DNA from: an uncultured Candidatus Binatia bacterium
Lineage (GTDB): Bacteria; Desulfobacterota; Binatia; Binatales; Binataceae
NCBI GenBank assembly: GCA_964429575.1
Contig: CAYSCX010000008.1
Coordinates: forward strand, 16,217 to 80,216
Reading direction: 5' to 3'
Length of the DNA stretch: 64,000 bases
Positions 55,198-64,000 of the stretch are shown here, one piece after another (within the stretch, counting starts at the first letter, position 1; every line of letters starts with the position of its first letter). The notes under the pieces are model-generated. The model did not search any database, had not been told where the DNA came from, and saw only the letters and a program-made list of their open reading frames with translations. Made by a program: the position numbers and the translations under genes.

Positions 55198-55266
55198 CGG
55201 CGGCAGGTGTGTACGTTGGGGAGGATTGGCTGAGTGGTCCGTGTTGTCGGTTGCGTTCAAGCGGCA
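55198..55266. repeat. 69-bp conserved upstream element, copy 2 (upstream of the DUF1080 gene)
   Basis: See copy 1. Lies about 62 nt upstream of the ATG at 55136. Confidence 0.85.
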
Positions 55267-55394
55267 GCTCCGCCGACAAGTATGTCAGCGGCGCACCGAG
55301 GTGGGTTCACCGGCGATGCGAATGAGCCAGCGACGTCAGGCGTTGAGAATAGGGTAGCACCAGTGCGAGAGCGGCTAAAGCGCAGGCGGCCTGA

Positions 55395-55949
55395 GTGAGA
55401 GTGCGGTTGAGCGAGAGCACCGTCACCCGGCGAACGACGCTCAGGGCGGCGCGCCGGGATCGCGACGGCGAGGTCAGAGTAATCGAGGCCGATTTGCGAA
55501 AGCGCGCTCATCGCGCGGCGTTCATCCGCGTCTTCGACTCTTACGTCCGCGATCCGATGGAAGGTGGCAAACCGCTGGCGCCGTCGGTGCGACGCAGCTT
55601 GGCCGGGCGCCTGCGGGCGCATCCGACGACTCACGTCTTTCTAGCCTTCGACGGCGACTCCGCGGTCGGCATGTGCGTGTGCTTCGCCGGCTTCTCGACG
55701 TTCGCCGCCCGCCCCTTGATGAACATTCACGACATTGGGGTACTGCCCGGCCTGCGCGGTCACGGAATCGGCGGTCGCATGATCGCAGCCGTCGCGGCCA
55801 AGGCGTGCAAGCTCGGATGCTGCAAGCTGACGCTCGAGGTGCGCCGCGACAACCGGCGCGCGCGCGGGCTTTACCGCAAAGCCGGCTTCGCGCAAGTCAC
55901 CGTGGAGCGCGGACGCGTCCCGGTAGAGTTTTGGGAACGACCGCTCTGA
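55395..55949 (+). CDS. GNAT-family N-acetyltransferase
   Basis: IHDIGVLPGLRGHGIGGRMIAAV (Q/RxxGxG/A motif) and RARGLYRKAGF. The start is uncertain and probably lies downstream of 55395. Confidence 0.75.
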   Translation: MRVRLSESTVTRRTTLRAARRDRDGEVRVIEADLRKRAHRAAFIRVFDSYVRDPMEGGKPLAPSVRRSLAGRLRAHPTTHVFLAFDGDSAVGMCVCFAGFSTFAARPLMNIHDIGVLPGLRGHGIGGRMIAAVAAKACKLGCCKLTLEVRRDNRRARGLYRKAGFAQVTVERGRVPVEFWERPL

Positions 55950-55954
55950 TTGCG

Positions 55955-56494
55955 TCAGCGGCGAGGCGGGTTGGTGCTGACGATATTCACGTCGCCGTCG
56001 AGCCCCATGTCGCGAATCGATGCCTCGAAGCGCGGTTGCATGCGCGCATCATCCTCGCCCAATTCGCGCGTGAAGCACGCATATTCGAGCTGCATCCCGT
56101 TGGGATCCTTGAAGTAAATCGACTTCGCCCAGTCGTGATCGACGACTTCGGTAACCTGCACGCCCTTCGCGATTAACTCCTCGCGCTTGGCGCAGAGCGC
56201 TGCTTCGTTGCTCGCCTCGAAGGCGAAGTGGTAGAAGGCGCTCGGCACGCCGAGGCCGCGGTTGATGCCTGCGTCGTATTCTGCGGGGACACCCGGCACG
56301 CCACGCGCCTCCATGAACGCGAGCAGCTGGTCGCGGCCGGTGTCAAAGAAAATGTGGCGGATCTGGCCGCCTTCTTTGACTTTGATAATGTCGCAGCGCA
56401 CGGGCTTGAAGCCGAGCACACCCTCGTAGAACTCGCGGGTCTTGTCGAGGTCGAGCGTGGAGAGTCCGATGTGCGAAAACCCCTTGTGCGACAT
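55955..56494 (-). CDS. VOC-family (glyoxalase / extradiol dioxygenase-like) protein
   Basis: FSHIGLSTLDLDKTREFYEGVLGF and HFAFEA...DHDWAKSIYFKDPNGMQLE paired beta-alpha-beta-beta-beta modules. Confidence 0.8.
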   Translation of the reverse strand: MSHKGFSHIGLSTLDLDKTREFYEGVLGFKPVRCDIIKVKEGGQIRHIFFDTGRDQLLAFMEARGVPGVPAEYDAGINRGLGVPSAFYHFAFEASNEAALCAKREELIAKGVQVTEVVDHDWAKSIYFKDPNGMQLEYACFTRELGEDDARMQPRFEASIRDMGLDGDVNIVSTNPPRR

Positions 56495-56588
56495 GGTAGT
56501 TCCCTCCGATCGGCGGCGTCCTCAGCAAACTAGACCCGTGCGTTGCAAATCGCAAGGTCTGGGTGATGCGGCGGTTGATTGCGGCGTC

Positions 56589-58112
56589 TCAGTCAGGCAC
56601 CCCGACTGATTGCAAATCGATTCCCTCCACCGCAATTGCCGGAACGTAGTACGCCTCGGGCGAACCCCAGACCGTCGCGGCATGCGACCGAGCGCCGACG
56701 GCGAGCGGCGAGTTGAAGACTTGGCTCAGATTCGCGTTGATGCGGAGCGCATTGGGCGCCAGTGGTTCGGCGCGGTTGCCGCTCCGAATGATGAATGAGT
56801 CGCCGCTGACCGTGCAGGTGAAGTCGCCAGCGCGCTGCCCGTTGATAGGGTAGGTGTACCACACTCGTCCGACGTAGATTCCGTCACCCACCGTTTTCAG
56901 CAGCGCTGCATCAGAGACGCCACCTCGCGAGCGCATCACGACGCTTGTGCCAGCCGTTCCGGGTGATGCATCGTAGCGCCGGGCGCCGCCCTCGCCCAGA
57001 CGATAGCCACTCGACGGGGCGAAGCGCGCATTCGCCGGCGCGCCGGGGCCAAGCTTTTGCGCGCGGTGATCATCCGTTGCGAGGCGATTGCCGTCATAAA
57101 AGTTGGAGAGCAGGCCGACCAGCCTGCCCGCGCGAATCAGATCAGTTCGGCGCGCATCCAGACCCTCGCAGGTGATCGTCCGATGCACCGCGCCGCCAGG
57201 GTGATGCGGATCATCAGCGAGGCTCAACCGCTTATCCATCACACGCGCGCCAAACCGCCCCTGATACGCGGAGCTTGCGGCAAAGAAAGAACCCGTCGTG
57301 AGAGAACCCATGATCATGTAGTTGAGAATCTCGGCAACAGGTTGCGGACCGAGCACGATGCGATAGCGGCCCGACGGCGGCCGCACTCCGGCCGGCAGCG
57401 CGAATGCGCGCGATATCGCATCGCGGCCGAGCGAGCCGGCCGCATGACGCATCGTTGCGATTGTGGAGCCGAGCGCGGTCGCAGTGCCTTTCGCATCCAA
57501 GGATTCGATCAGCACGGTGACGGAGGACGTAAAGCGCGCGGCCTCGTCGGCGCGCACCTCAGGGAAATTCGAATTTGCGATCGCGATGCGGTCGCTAATC
57601 ACGCTCACGTCGCCGCCGATTACCAGACCGGGCTGCCTCGCGCGAGCAACGCCGGCCTCCGCGAATCTCTCCAGTGCGGAACTCAGGATACGCCACGCGC
57701 ATTCGGCGATGACGCGATCGTCAGCGCGTGCGAGTCCCCCCGCGGTGCGAGCCGCGACACGGCGCGACGCCCCGTCAGCGGGAAGGCCGGGAAAATGCGG
57801 ATCGACGACCGCGGTCTGGTGTGCTCGCTTGAGTGCGCGACGAACTCCGTCGAGGCTGAATTCGCCGGCTTCAAAGGCAATGCCCGTCTTATGCGGGTTG
57901 TCTCGCATGACGATTCGTAACTGGAATCCGTCGGCGTCGTGCGACTTGAGCTCTTCGAGGCCGCGGCACGGTATGTCTGACGTGTAGTTGAGACGTGCGA
58001 TGCGATTCTGTGCGCTGGCACAATAGACTTCGAATTGCGCGACGCCGCGGCCGGCGGCGACTACCGTCGCAGCGGCGCGGGCGAATGCGCGCAGTTCCGC
58101 GAGTTTCTTCAC
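56589..58112 (-). CDS. TldD/PmbA-family protein (PmbA/TldE-like, no HExxxH)
   Basis: Family-typical C-terminal region (GLLSNFYD..., VSGDSFIIRSG). Overlaps the TldD-like gene by 4 nt. Confidence 0.75.
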   Translation of the reverse strand: MKKLAELRAFARAAATVVAAGRGVAQFEVYCASAQNRIARLNYTSDIPCRGLEELKSHDADGFQLRIVMRDNPHKTGIAFEAGEFSLDGVRRALKRAHQTAVVDPHFPGLPADGASRRVAARTAGGLARADDRVIAECAWRILSSALERFAEAGVARARQPGLVIGGDVSVISDRIAIANSNFPEVRADEAARFTSSVTVLIESLDAKGTATALGSTIATMRHAAGSLGRDAISRAFALPAGVRPPSGRYRIVLGPQPVAEILNYMIMGSLTTGSFFAASSAYQGRFGARVMDKRLSLADDPHHPGGAVHRTITCEGLDARRTDLIRAGRLVGLLSNFYDGNRLATDDHRAQKLGPGAPANARFAPSSGYRLGEGGARRYDASPGTAGTSVVMRSRGGVSDAALLKTVGDGIYVGRVWYTYPINGQRAGDFTCTVSGDSFIIRSGNRAEPLAPNALRINANLSQVFNSPLAVGARSHAATVWGSPEAYYVPAIAVEGIDLQSVGVPD

Positions 58113-59686
58113 GCGCCGCCTCCCAGCCGCGCACGCGAGCGCAGGGTCGGCCCGCCGTTGGACATCCGCTTTACCTGCATCGGCTGGCCCTTGCCGCAGT
58201 TGGGGATTGCGACCAGCCGCAAATCGTTGCCGGCGCCGTCTACATTCATGAAGAAGCGCCGCGAGTCGGAGATGACGCTCCCCGAACGGAATAGGCGCCC
58301 GATTCGACCGTGGTCAATTTCGTAAACGCGGCGCGCGGAGATGCGGAAGTTCTCGCGCGATTCGGCGATCGACGGAATCTGATGGCCGCAGACGTAGTAG
58401 CCGCGATTGACTTCGGAGATGAGTTTTTCGGGCGAGGACTCGCCGGGGAGAAAGAAAGTATTTGACATGCGGATGAGCGGGACGTGCCACGCCTCGCTCG
58501 CGCGCATCGAGCCGTTGGGCTCGACTCCAAGCGCGGCGGCGGTCGCACGCGAGTTGATGAATCCGCGGAACACCCCGGCGTCGATATGCATCGCGCGGGC
58601 GCCGCGCGTCCCTTCGTGGTCGTACTGGTAGTGACCATAAGCGTTGAGCGCCGGATCCGAGCAGGCCGAAAGCAGCTGCGAGCCGACTTGCCTGCCGATT
58701 TCATTGTGGCCGGCAGTGCGAAGAAGCCAACTCCGTCCCGCGTATGCCGCCTCCATTTTGAGCGCGCGGTCGGCTTCGCACGGATGTCCGACAATTTCGT
58801 GCGACAGCAATGCATTGAAATACGGATCGGTCACCACCGTGACTTCACCATCCGGAGGCCGGAGCAGCGGCGCGGCCGCGAGTTCGCGCGCCTCGCTTGC
58901 GAGCGCGACAGCGAATGCTCCGAGGCCGGGATTGGGCATCAATTCGTCGCGCGACCCTTCTGATAAGCACTCCATGCCGCGCTGCTGGCCGATCGTGTCG
59001 AAGATTTCCTGGTGCCCTTCCCCACTTTCGGCGACCACGTAGCAATCGCCCTGCGAGAAGGCGAAAGCTTGGGAGATGAGCGAGCCTTCGGTGCTCATGA
59101 AGAGTTCATGGCGCAGTTCGGTCAACGCTGCGGCGGCATTGAAGGCAATCTCGCGACCCAGCGCCGACGCCCTGCGCGACGCGTCGAGCGCAAGCGCCCC
59201 GATTTCTGCGGCTGAAACTTCGCGTGGATCGCGGCGGTAGTGAGCCGCGACTTCGTCGCGGATTGCGGCCCGTGGCACGAATGCGCCGGCGGTCAGGCTT
59301 CGCGCGGCCGACGGTGCGAGCTTCAAAGCGTCTGCTTTGGCGCGCGCGTTCACTCGCGCGCGTTCGTACGCCGCAGCGAGTCCGCGTTTCAGCGCGCGCA
59401 TCAGCTTATCGCGATCGAGCGCGAGCGCACCGACCTCGACACCGCACTGCCCATGCCCGAACACTCCGCCGCGGTCTTTTAGGTGTACGGAAGTTCCGAA
59501 CGCCGCGCTCTGTGTGATGGTGTTCTCACGGGGCTCACCGTTGACGGCGGAGGCCGAAAGGTTGTGGACGACCTCGAAGCGCACGTCGGCATAGGCGATC
59601 GCGCGCCGTTTGCCCGCGAAGCTTGCGAGTGCGGACTCGCCGTCACGGGTGAGAAAGCCGATCGCCCTGAAGTAATCACTCGACAC
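58109..59686 (-). CDS. tldD: TldD-like metallopeptidase
   Basis: HEIVGHPCEADR (HExxxH) metal site and the C-terminal GMPNCGKGQP-type segment (IPNCGKGQPMQV). Confidence 0.8.
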   Translation of the reverse strand: MSSDYFRAIGFLTRDGESALASFAGKRRAIAYADVRFEVVHNLSASAVNGEPRENTITQSAAFGTSVHLKDRGGVFGHGQCGVEVGALALDRDKLMRALKRGLAAAYERARVNARAKADALKLAPSAARSLTAGAFVPRAAIRDEVAAHYRRDPREVSAAEIGALALDASRRASALGREIAFNAAAALTELRHELFMSTEGSLISQAFAFSQGDCYVVAESGEGHQEIFDTIGQQRGMECLSEGSRDELMPNPGLGAFAVALASEARELAAAPLLRPPDGEVTVVTDPYFNALLSHEIVGHPCEADRALKMEAAYAGRSWLLRTAGHNEIGRQVGSQLLSACSDPALNAYGHYQYDHEGTRGARAMHIDAGVFRGFINSRATAAALGVEPNGSMRASEAWHVPLIRMSNTFFLPGESSPEKLISEVNRGYYVCGHQIPSIAESRENFRISARRVYEIDHGRIGRLFRSGSVISDSRRFFMNVDGAGNDLRLVAIPNCGKGQPMQVKRMSNGGPTLRSRARLGGGA

Positions 59687-59692
59687 GTGGAA

Positions 59693-60496
59693 TCAGCGGC
59701 GGGTGGCCGCAGCGTAAAGATAGCTGAGGGAGAATGCCACCACGAGAAGCGCGACGATGGTTGGGCCGGTCGGCGTGTCGAACCAGTACGAACACGCGAC
59801 TCCCGCGATCGATGAAGTGACGCCAAGCACGGTTGCGAATGCGAACGCACCCTTGAGGCTTTGTGCGACCGAGAGCGCAGCGGCGCCAGGAGCGACCAGC
59901 AGGGCAAACGCCACCAACGCGCCGGTGGCGCGAATCGCGACCGCCACCGCAATTCCTGCGGCGACGTAGAAGAGCGTGTTCCAGAACGTCACGCGGATTC
60001 CAACCGCGCGCGCCGTATCGGGGTCGTACGCCGAAAACAGAAACTCCTTGTGCGCGAGGTAGAGCAGCGCAAGCACGCCGGCGGCCGTCGCCGCCAGACC
60101 GATGAGCAAAGGCTCCGGCACGGTCAAGATATTGCCGAAGAGCACGTTCAGGATGCCCGCCTCGCCACGCGGAGCCTTGACGATCAGCAATACCGCGGCG
60201 GCTGAACCTCCCGCGTAGAGAATTCCGATGAGCGCCTCGACCGGCAGGCGCTCCGACTCCGCCGCGCGCGCGAGGACCAGGAAGGTCGCGACCGTCAGCA
60301 CCATCGCGACTGGAAATGGTTCGACATTGAAGAGCACCGCGAGCGCGACTCCGGCCGAGGAAACCTCGGCGACCGCAGCGCCGACGAAGACGATCCGCCT
60401 GAGCACGACGTAAATCGATAGCGGCGCCAATCCCACCGCGACCAACGCGGCCGCGATAAAGACATTACGGATGAACGGAATTGTGAACAGTTCCAT
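59693..60496 (-). CDS. znuB: metal (Zn/Mn) ABC transporter permease, ABC-3 family
   Basis: 267 aa, polytopic, ABC-3-type sequence. In an operon with the ATPase and TroA-like SBP. Confidence 0.8.
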   Translation of the reverse strand: MELFTIPFIRNVFIAAALVAVGLAPLSIYVVLRRIVFVGAAVAEVSSAGVALAVLFNVEPFPVAMVLTVATFLVLARAAESERLPVEALIGILYAGGSAAAVLLIVKAPRGEAGILNVLFGNILTVPEPLLIGLAATAAGVLALLYLAHKEFLFSAYDPDTARAVGIRVTFWNTLFYVAAGIAVAVAIRATGALVAFALLVAPGAAALSVAQSLKGAFAFATVLGVTSSIAGVACSYWFDTPTGPTIVALLVVAFSLSYLYAAATRR

Positions 60497-61216
60497 TCAG
60501 GATTCCGTCTCCGCGTACGCACGCGCGAGGTTGGCGGGCGCGAGCATCTCCGCCTTCGCACCCGCGATTACGCTTCCGCTTCTGGTGATCAGCGCGACCC
60601 GTCGCGCAAAGTGTTCGATTGCACTCAACATATGAGTGACGAACACGATGGTTGTCCCGCGTTCGCGCTGAAGGCCGAGCAGAAGCTCCATGATCGCCCG
60701 CTCCGCCTCGAGGTCCATGCCGTTGGTCGGCTCGTCGAGCAGCAGTACGTCGGGCTCGCCGGCGAGCGCGCGCGCAATCAGCACGCGCTGCTGTTGCCCG
60801 CCGGACAACTCCCGGAATGGCCGGCTTGCGAGGTTCGCGCTGCGCACGCGGTCGAGGCATGCGAATGTCGCATCGAAGTCCTCTGCGCGCGGCCGGCGGA
60901 GCGGACCGAGCCGTCCATAGCGGCCCATTAGCGCAACCTCGAGCGCGGAGAGAGGAAAGTGCGGGTCCAATTGCTCGCGCTGCGGCACGTATCCGAATCG
61001 CGGCGCCCGGCCGTCGATCGATGCGATCTCAATGGTTCCGGCGCCCGGTCGCACGAGCCCGAGCAGCATCTTTAGCAGCGTCGTCTTGCCGCTGCCGTTG
61101 GGGCCCATCACGCCGAGGAAGTCGCCGCGCTCGACCTCAAGATCGACGGCGCGCAACACCACGCGCCGGCCGTAGCCGACCGCGACTCCGCGCAGCCTAA
61201 TCAAATCAGTTGGCAT
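60497..61216 (-). CDS. znuC: metal ABC transporter ATP-binding protein
   Basis: Walker A GPNGSGKTT, signature LSGGQQQR, Walker B VLLLDEP. Confidence 0.9.
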   Translation of the reverse strand: MPTDLIRLRGVAVGYGRRVVLRAVDLEVERGDFLGVMGPNGSGKTTLLKMLLGLVRPGAGTIEIASIDGRAPRFGYVPQREQLDPHFPLSALEVALMGRYGRLGPLRRPRAEDFDATFACLDRVRSANLASRPFRELSGGQQQRVLIARALAGEPDVLLLDEPTNGMDLEAERAIMELLLGLQRERGTTIVFVTHMLSAIEHFARRVALITRSGSVIAGAKAEMLAPANLARAYAETES

Positions 61217-62126
61217 GGCGGCCCAAAACGGCGGCGAACTGCTGCACCAGGTAGTCGATCATTGAAATGTAGTCCGCTTGTTCGGGCGTGGCGCCGACGT
61301 TGATGCTGAGCACAAGGCATGGGATTCCCGCCTGCTCGGCGACCAGTTTCCCAATCGAGACTTCGTAGAACGGCTCCGTAACGACGAGCCTGACTTTCTG
61401 CGCCTTGGCAAGTTCGATCACCTGCTGCACGCGCGCCAGCGATGGCACAAACCCGGGCTTGCTCTCGATATCCGTGGGTATGACGAGGTCGAATGCCTGC
61501 GCAAAGTACAACCACGAGTTGTGATACGGGATGAATTTCGCGCCGGCAGAGGGCGCGAGCTGTGCCTGCCACTTGGCCATCGCGTCGCTGAGCTTCTGCT
61601 CGAACGCCTTGAAGTTCGCCTCATAGTAGCTGCGCCCATCCGGATCGATCTGCGTAAAGGCGGTGAAAATGTTGCGCGCCATGATTAGTCCGTTCGACGG
61701 GTTCAGCTGATAATGAGGACTTCCGTAGGGATGGATGTCGCCGAAACTGTAATCGACCTGCCCAACTGGTACGCCGAGCACTGGAATCTGATACGAGACA
61801 TCGGCGTACTGGAGCTTCGGATTCGCCACCTGCTGAATCATCTCGCCGCCCGCGTGCGCCTCCAGTCCAAGGCCCACCAGGAGGAACAGTTGGGCGCGAT
61901 GCAGCTTGTAAAGATCGCTTGGCCTCGGTTCGTAGCGGTCCACGTCCCAATTTCCGGGAACCAGCGCCTGCACATCGACGCGCTCGCCGCCGACCGACTC
62001 CGCGATCGACGCGACGTCGGTCGTGAACGCGATGACGCGGAGCCGCTCCGCCCATGCCGTGCTGTGCGGCGCAGGTGCGATCAGCGCACACGCCGTAATG
62101 ACTAGTGTCGTCAATAGTAACTTCAT
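61206..62126 (-). CDS. znuA: metal ABC transporter substrate-binding protein (TroA/ZnuA cluster 9)
   Basis: Signal peptide, DPHYW-like GDIHPYGSPHYQLNP, and YHNSWLYFAQAF motifs. Confidence 0.85.
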   Translation of the reverse strand: MKLLLTTLVITACALIAPAPHSTAWAERLRVIAFTTDVASIAESVGGERVDVQALVPGNWDVDRYEPRPSDLYKLHRAQLFLLVGLGLEAHAGGEMIQQVANPKLQYADVSYQIPVLGVPVGQVDYSFGDIHPYGSPHYQLNPSNGLIMARNIFTAFTQIDPDGRSYYEANFKAFEQKLSDAMAKWQAQLAPSAGAKFIPYHNSWLYFAQAFDLVIPTDIESKPGFVPSLARVQQVIELAKAQKVRLVVTEPFYEVSIGKLVAEQAGIPCLVLSINVGATPEQADYISMIDYLVQQFAAVLGRHAN

Positions 62127-62132
62127 ATTCAG

Positions 62133-63566
62133 TTAATTCAGATGCTTGAGGTTTCCGAATGAGAACGTTGCCTGCAGGAAGACCGCATTGAGCGGCCGCT
62201 CCGGACCGCTTGGCGTCGCGTACGTGTATTGCAGGCGCAATCGCGTTCCGTCGGAGACGAAGTAGGTGAGAATCGGCGAGATGCCGAGCGTGGAACCGTT
62301 CGCGACGTTTGGCCGATCGGCCCAATCAACCAGGAGCCCGATGTGGTACCTGAGCGCGAAGTTGTAATCGAACAGTGTGTAGATTCCGCGCTTGAGCCCG
62401 CGATCCCCGACTCCCTTGCGTTGGGTCAGGATGCCCTCGATGTTCCAGGTGAAAATGTTGCGCGGGTCGGGCGCGTACTGAACCTGCATGAACGCGTCCT
62501 CCAGAAACGCCGCACCCCCGCCGCCCGGCCCTTCCGCGAACGACAGGCCGGTGGTCAGCGAGCTGGAATCGAACAGATTACGGGAATAGATGAGACTCGC
62601 GATGTAGGCGAAGTCGAAGTTCTGCCCGTCGCGATGGTTCCAGCTGACGTCGTTCACGCCTGCCAGCATGTTCGCATCGAACCGCAAGTCCGCGTCCCAC
62701 GGATTAGGAATGTAGGTAGATAGATCGATACCGGGTTCGATAAGCCCTTCGTCGCCGATGAAGTTCGCGAGCGCATTCGGGCGGTTCACCATCGGCAGCG
62801 CGAAGGTCTCCAACTGGTTGATGAGGCCAAAGCGCGGCCTGAACTGGCCCGCCTTCACTCCGAGGTTCAGCGGCAACGCTTGTAGCAACGGGTGCTTGTC
62901 GAAAAGGAGATAGGCCTGCTCAACGGAAAATCCCTCCTCGGGTGATCTGTCAATCTCGATTTGCGCAAAGGTGTAGGGGTCGATGGGAGATGCGAAGATC
63001 AGTTCGACGTCGCGTACCAGCAGTTTGTTCTGCGACGGATCGTAGCGCGGGTCGCCCTTGCGCAAATTGTTCTGCTGAAATACGAAGTCGCCCACCAGGC
63101 CCATGTCCGGCAAAAAGATTTTGGGCGGACCCTGCATTCGAGGGATCATCACGCCTTGTTGCTCGGGCTGTTTCATGAGGCGGTAACCGGAAGGAAGGGT
63201 GGTCGGGGCCGTGACTGGTCCCGGCAGCAAACGCAGGAGCGCCGTCGCGACGGTCATGCCGGCGCCCGGACGATCCTCGGCGCCGGATGCGGCCTCCGAC
63301 GCAGAGGACGCCGCGGTCGCCCCGCTTGATAGTTTCGGTTGCGCCACAGTCTCCACAGCGGGTTTGTCCGGCGAATTTACCAGCCGGCTCTCAAGCGCAT
63401 CGAGCCGTCGGGTCGCGTCGCCGAGTTGCGTGCGGAGTATCTGCAACTCCGCCTTCAGATCAGCATTCTCGGTCTTGAGCGTCGCATCGGTTTCCGCAGC
63501 GGTCGCAGGAGCTGCAAACAAGCCCGCCAGAAAAACGGCCAACATTACGCGTCGATATGCGCGCAT
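62133..63566 (-). CDS. outer-membrane beta-barrel (porin-like) with N-terminal coiled coil
   Basis: Signal peptide MLAVFLAGLFAAPATA, a heptad-like segment (LKTENADLKAELQILRTQLGDATRRLDALESRL), then a long alternating beta-strand region. First gene of the znu operon. Confidence 0.6.
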   Translation of the reverse strand: MRAYRRVMLAVFLAGLFAAPATAAETDATLKTENADLKAELQILRTQLGDATRRLDALESRLVNSPDKPAVETVAQPKLSSGATAASSASEAASGAEDRPGAGMTVATALLRLLPGPVTAPTTLPSGYRLMKQPEQQGVMIPRMQGPPKIFLPDMGLVGDFVFQQNNLRKGDPRYDPSQNKLLVRDVELIFASPIDPYTFAQIEIDRSPEEGFSVEQAYLLFDKHPLLQALPLNLGVKAGQFRPRFGLINQLETFALPMVNRPNALANFIGDEGLIEPGIDLSTYIPNPWDADLRFDANMLAGVNDVSWNHRDGQNFDFAYIASLIYSRNLFDSSSLTTGLSFAEGPGGGGAAFLEDAFMQVQYAPDPRNIFTWNIEGILTQRKGVGDRGLKRGIYTLFDYNFALRYHIGLLVDWADRPNVANGSTLGISPILTYFVSDGTRLRLQYTYATPSGPERPLNAVFLQATFSFGNLKHLN

Positions 63567-63680
63567 CGCACTTCTCCTCTCGCGGCCTCAGCACGCCGGC
63601 GGCGCATTCGCTCCGTCGCGGCACACTCGACGCACGCAGCACCCGTGCGTCACACGTTCGGAATTTCAGGAGCGGAGAGG

Positions 63681-64000
63681 TCAGGCTGCGAAAGGAGGAG
63701 CGCGAGTCTGAACGGACGAGAGATAAAGGCGATCAATCGCGCAAGCCGCGATCACAAGGAGTGTCGCGGACTCGACGCATGGAACCGATTGTGAAGGCGC
63801 TACGACCGGTGCGGGCGTCGCGTGATGAGCAAGCTCGCAAACCGCGCAGACTCCGGCGTTGGTTGAGACCTGTGCCTGTGATGCGGCATCCGGGCGGAGA
63901 CGGCCGGCATGGATATGCGCGGCGGTCGCGAACTGGCCGACGAGCACGAATGTGGCGGCGATGCCTGCGAGCCATCGTACGGCGAGGCGATCGCGAGCTC
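63681..64000 (-). CDS. small membrane-anchored Cys/His-motif protein (DUF2946-like?), 5' end possibly outside the window
   Basis: The frame is open to the window edge: ...RWLAGIAATFVLVGQFATAAHIHAG...CAVCELAHHA.... It has a TM segment plus HxH and CxxC..HH motifs. The family call is tentative. Confidence 0.4.
   Translation of the reverse strand, partial: ARDRLAVRWLAGIAATFVLVGQFATAAHIHAGRLRPDAASQAQVSTNAGVCAVCELAHHATPAPVVAPSQSVPCVESATLLVIAACAIDRLYLSSVQTRAPPFAA

Overview
About 64 kb of high-GC chromosomal DNA (roughly two-thirds G+C by eye, not computed) from a diderm bacterium. Omp85-type and other outer-membrane genes are present; the lineage cannot be assigned from this window. Most of it is ordinary, densely packed core and metabolic sequence. 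Housekeeping genes: a uvrD/pcrA 3' end, polA, acpS, fabH, tRNA-Arg(ACG), phoU-phoB-phoR, serS, yraN and gatCAB. Other clusters: an ABC-2/GldG/DUF4340 export cluster, an ECF sigma/anti-sigma pair, an ArnT/ArnB/UXS-like sugar-modification cluster, several acyl-CoA dehydrogenase and amidohydrolase genes, a TldD/PmbA pair and a znuABC-like operon with an outer-membrane partner. The clear outlier is a 2.74-kb lower-GC segment (23657-26398). It is bounded by a 10-bp direct repeat (GAAAAACGCC) and splits a small ORF. It carries four minus-strand genes and no recognisable integrase or transposase: a Dam-class (D12) N6-adenine methyltransferase tightly coupled to a 138-aa minimal PD-(D/E)xK-like nuclease, plus a translationally coupled pair of proteins I cannot assign to any family (274 aa with an acidic tail; 124 aa). 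I read this as a small mobile restriction-modification or defence islet, and the second gene pair is the best candidate for something undescribed. The window also holds at least two families of intergenic palindromic, MITE/REP-like repeats, one showing compensatory base changes in its stem. A 69-bp near-identical element is duplicated upstream of two adjacent envelope genes. All functional calls rest on motif recognition by eye; no searches were run.
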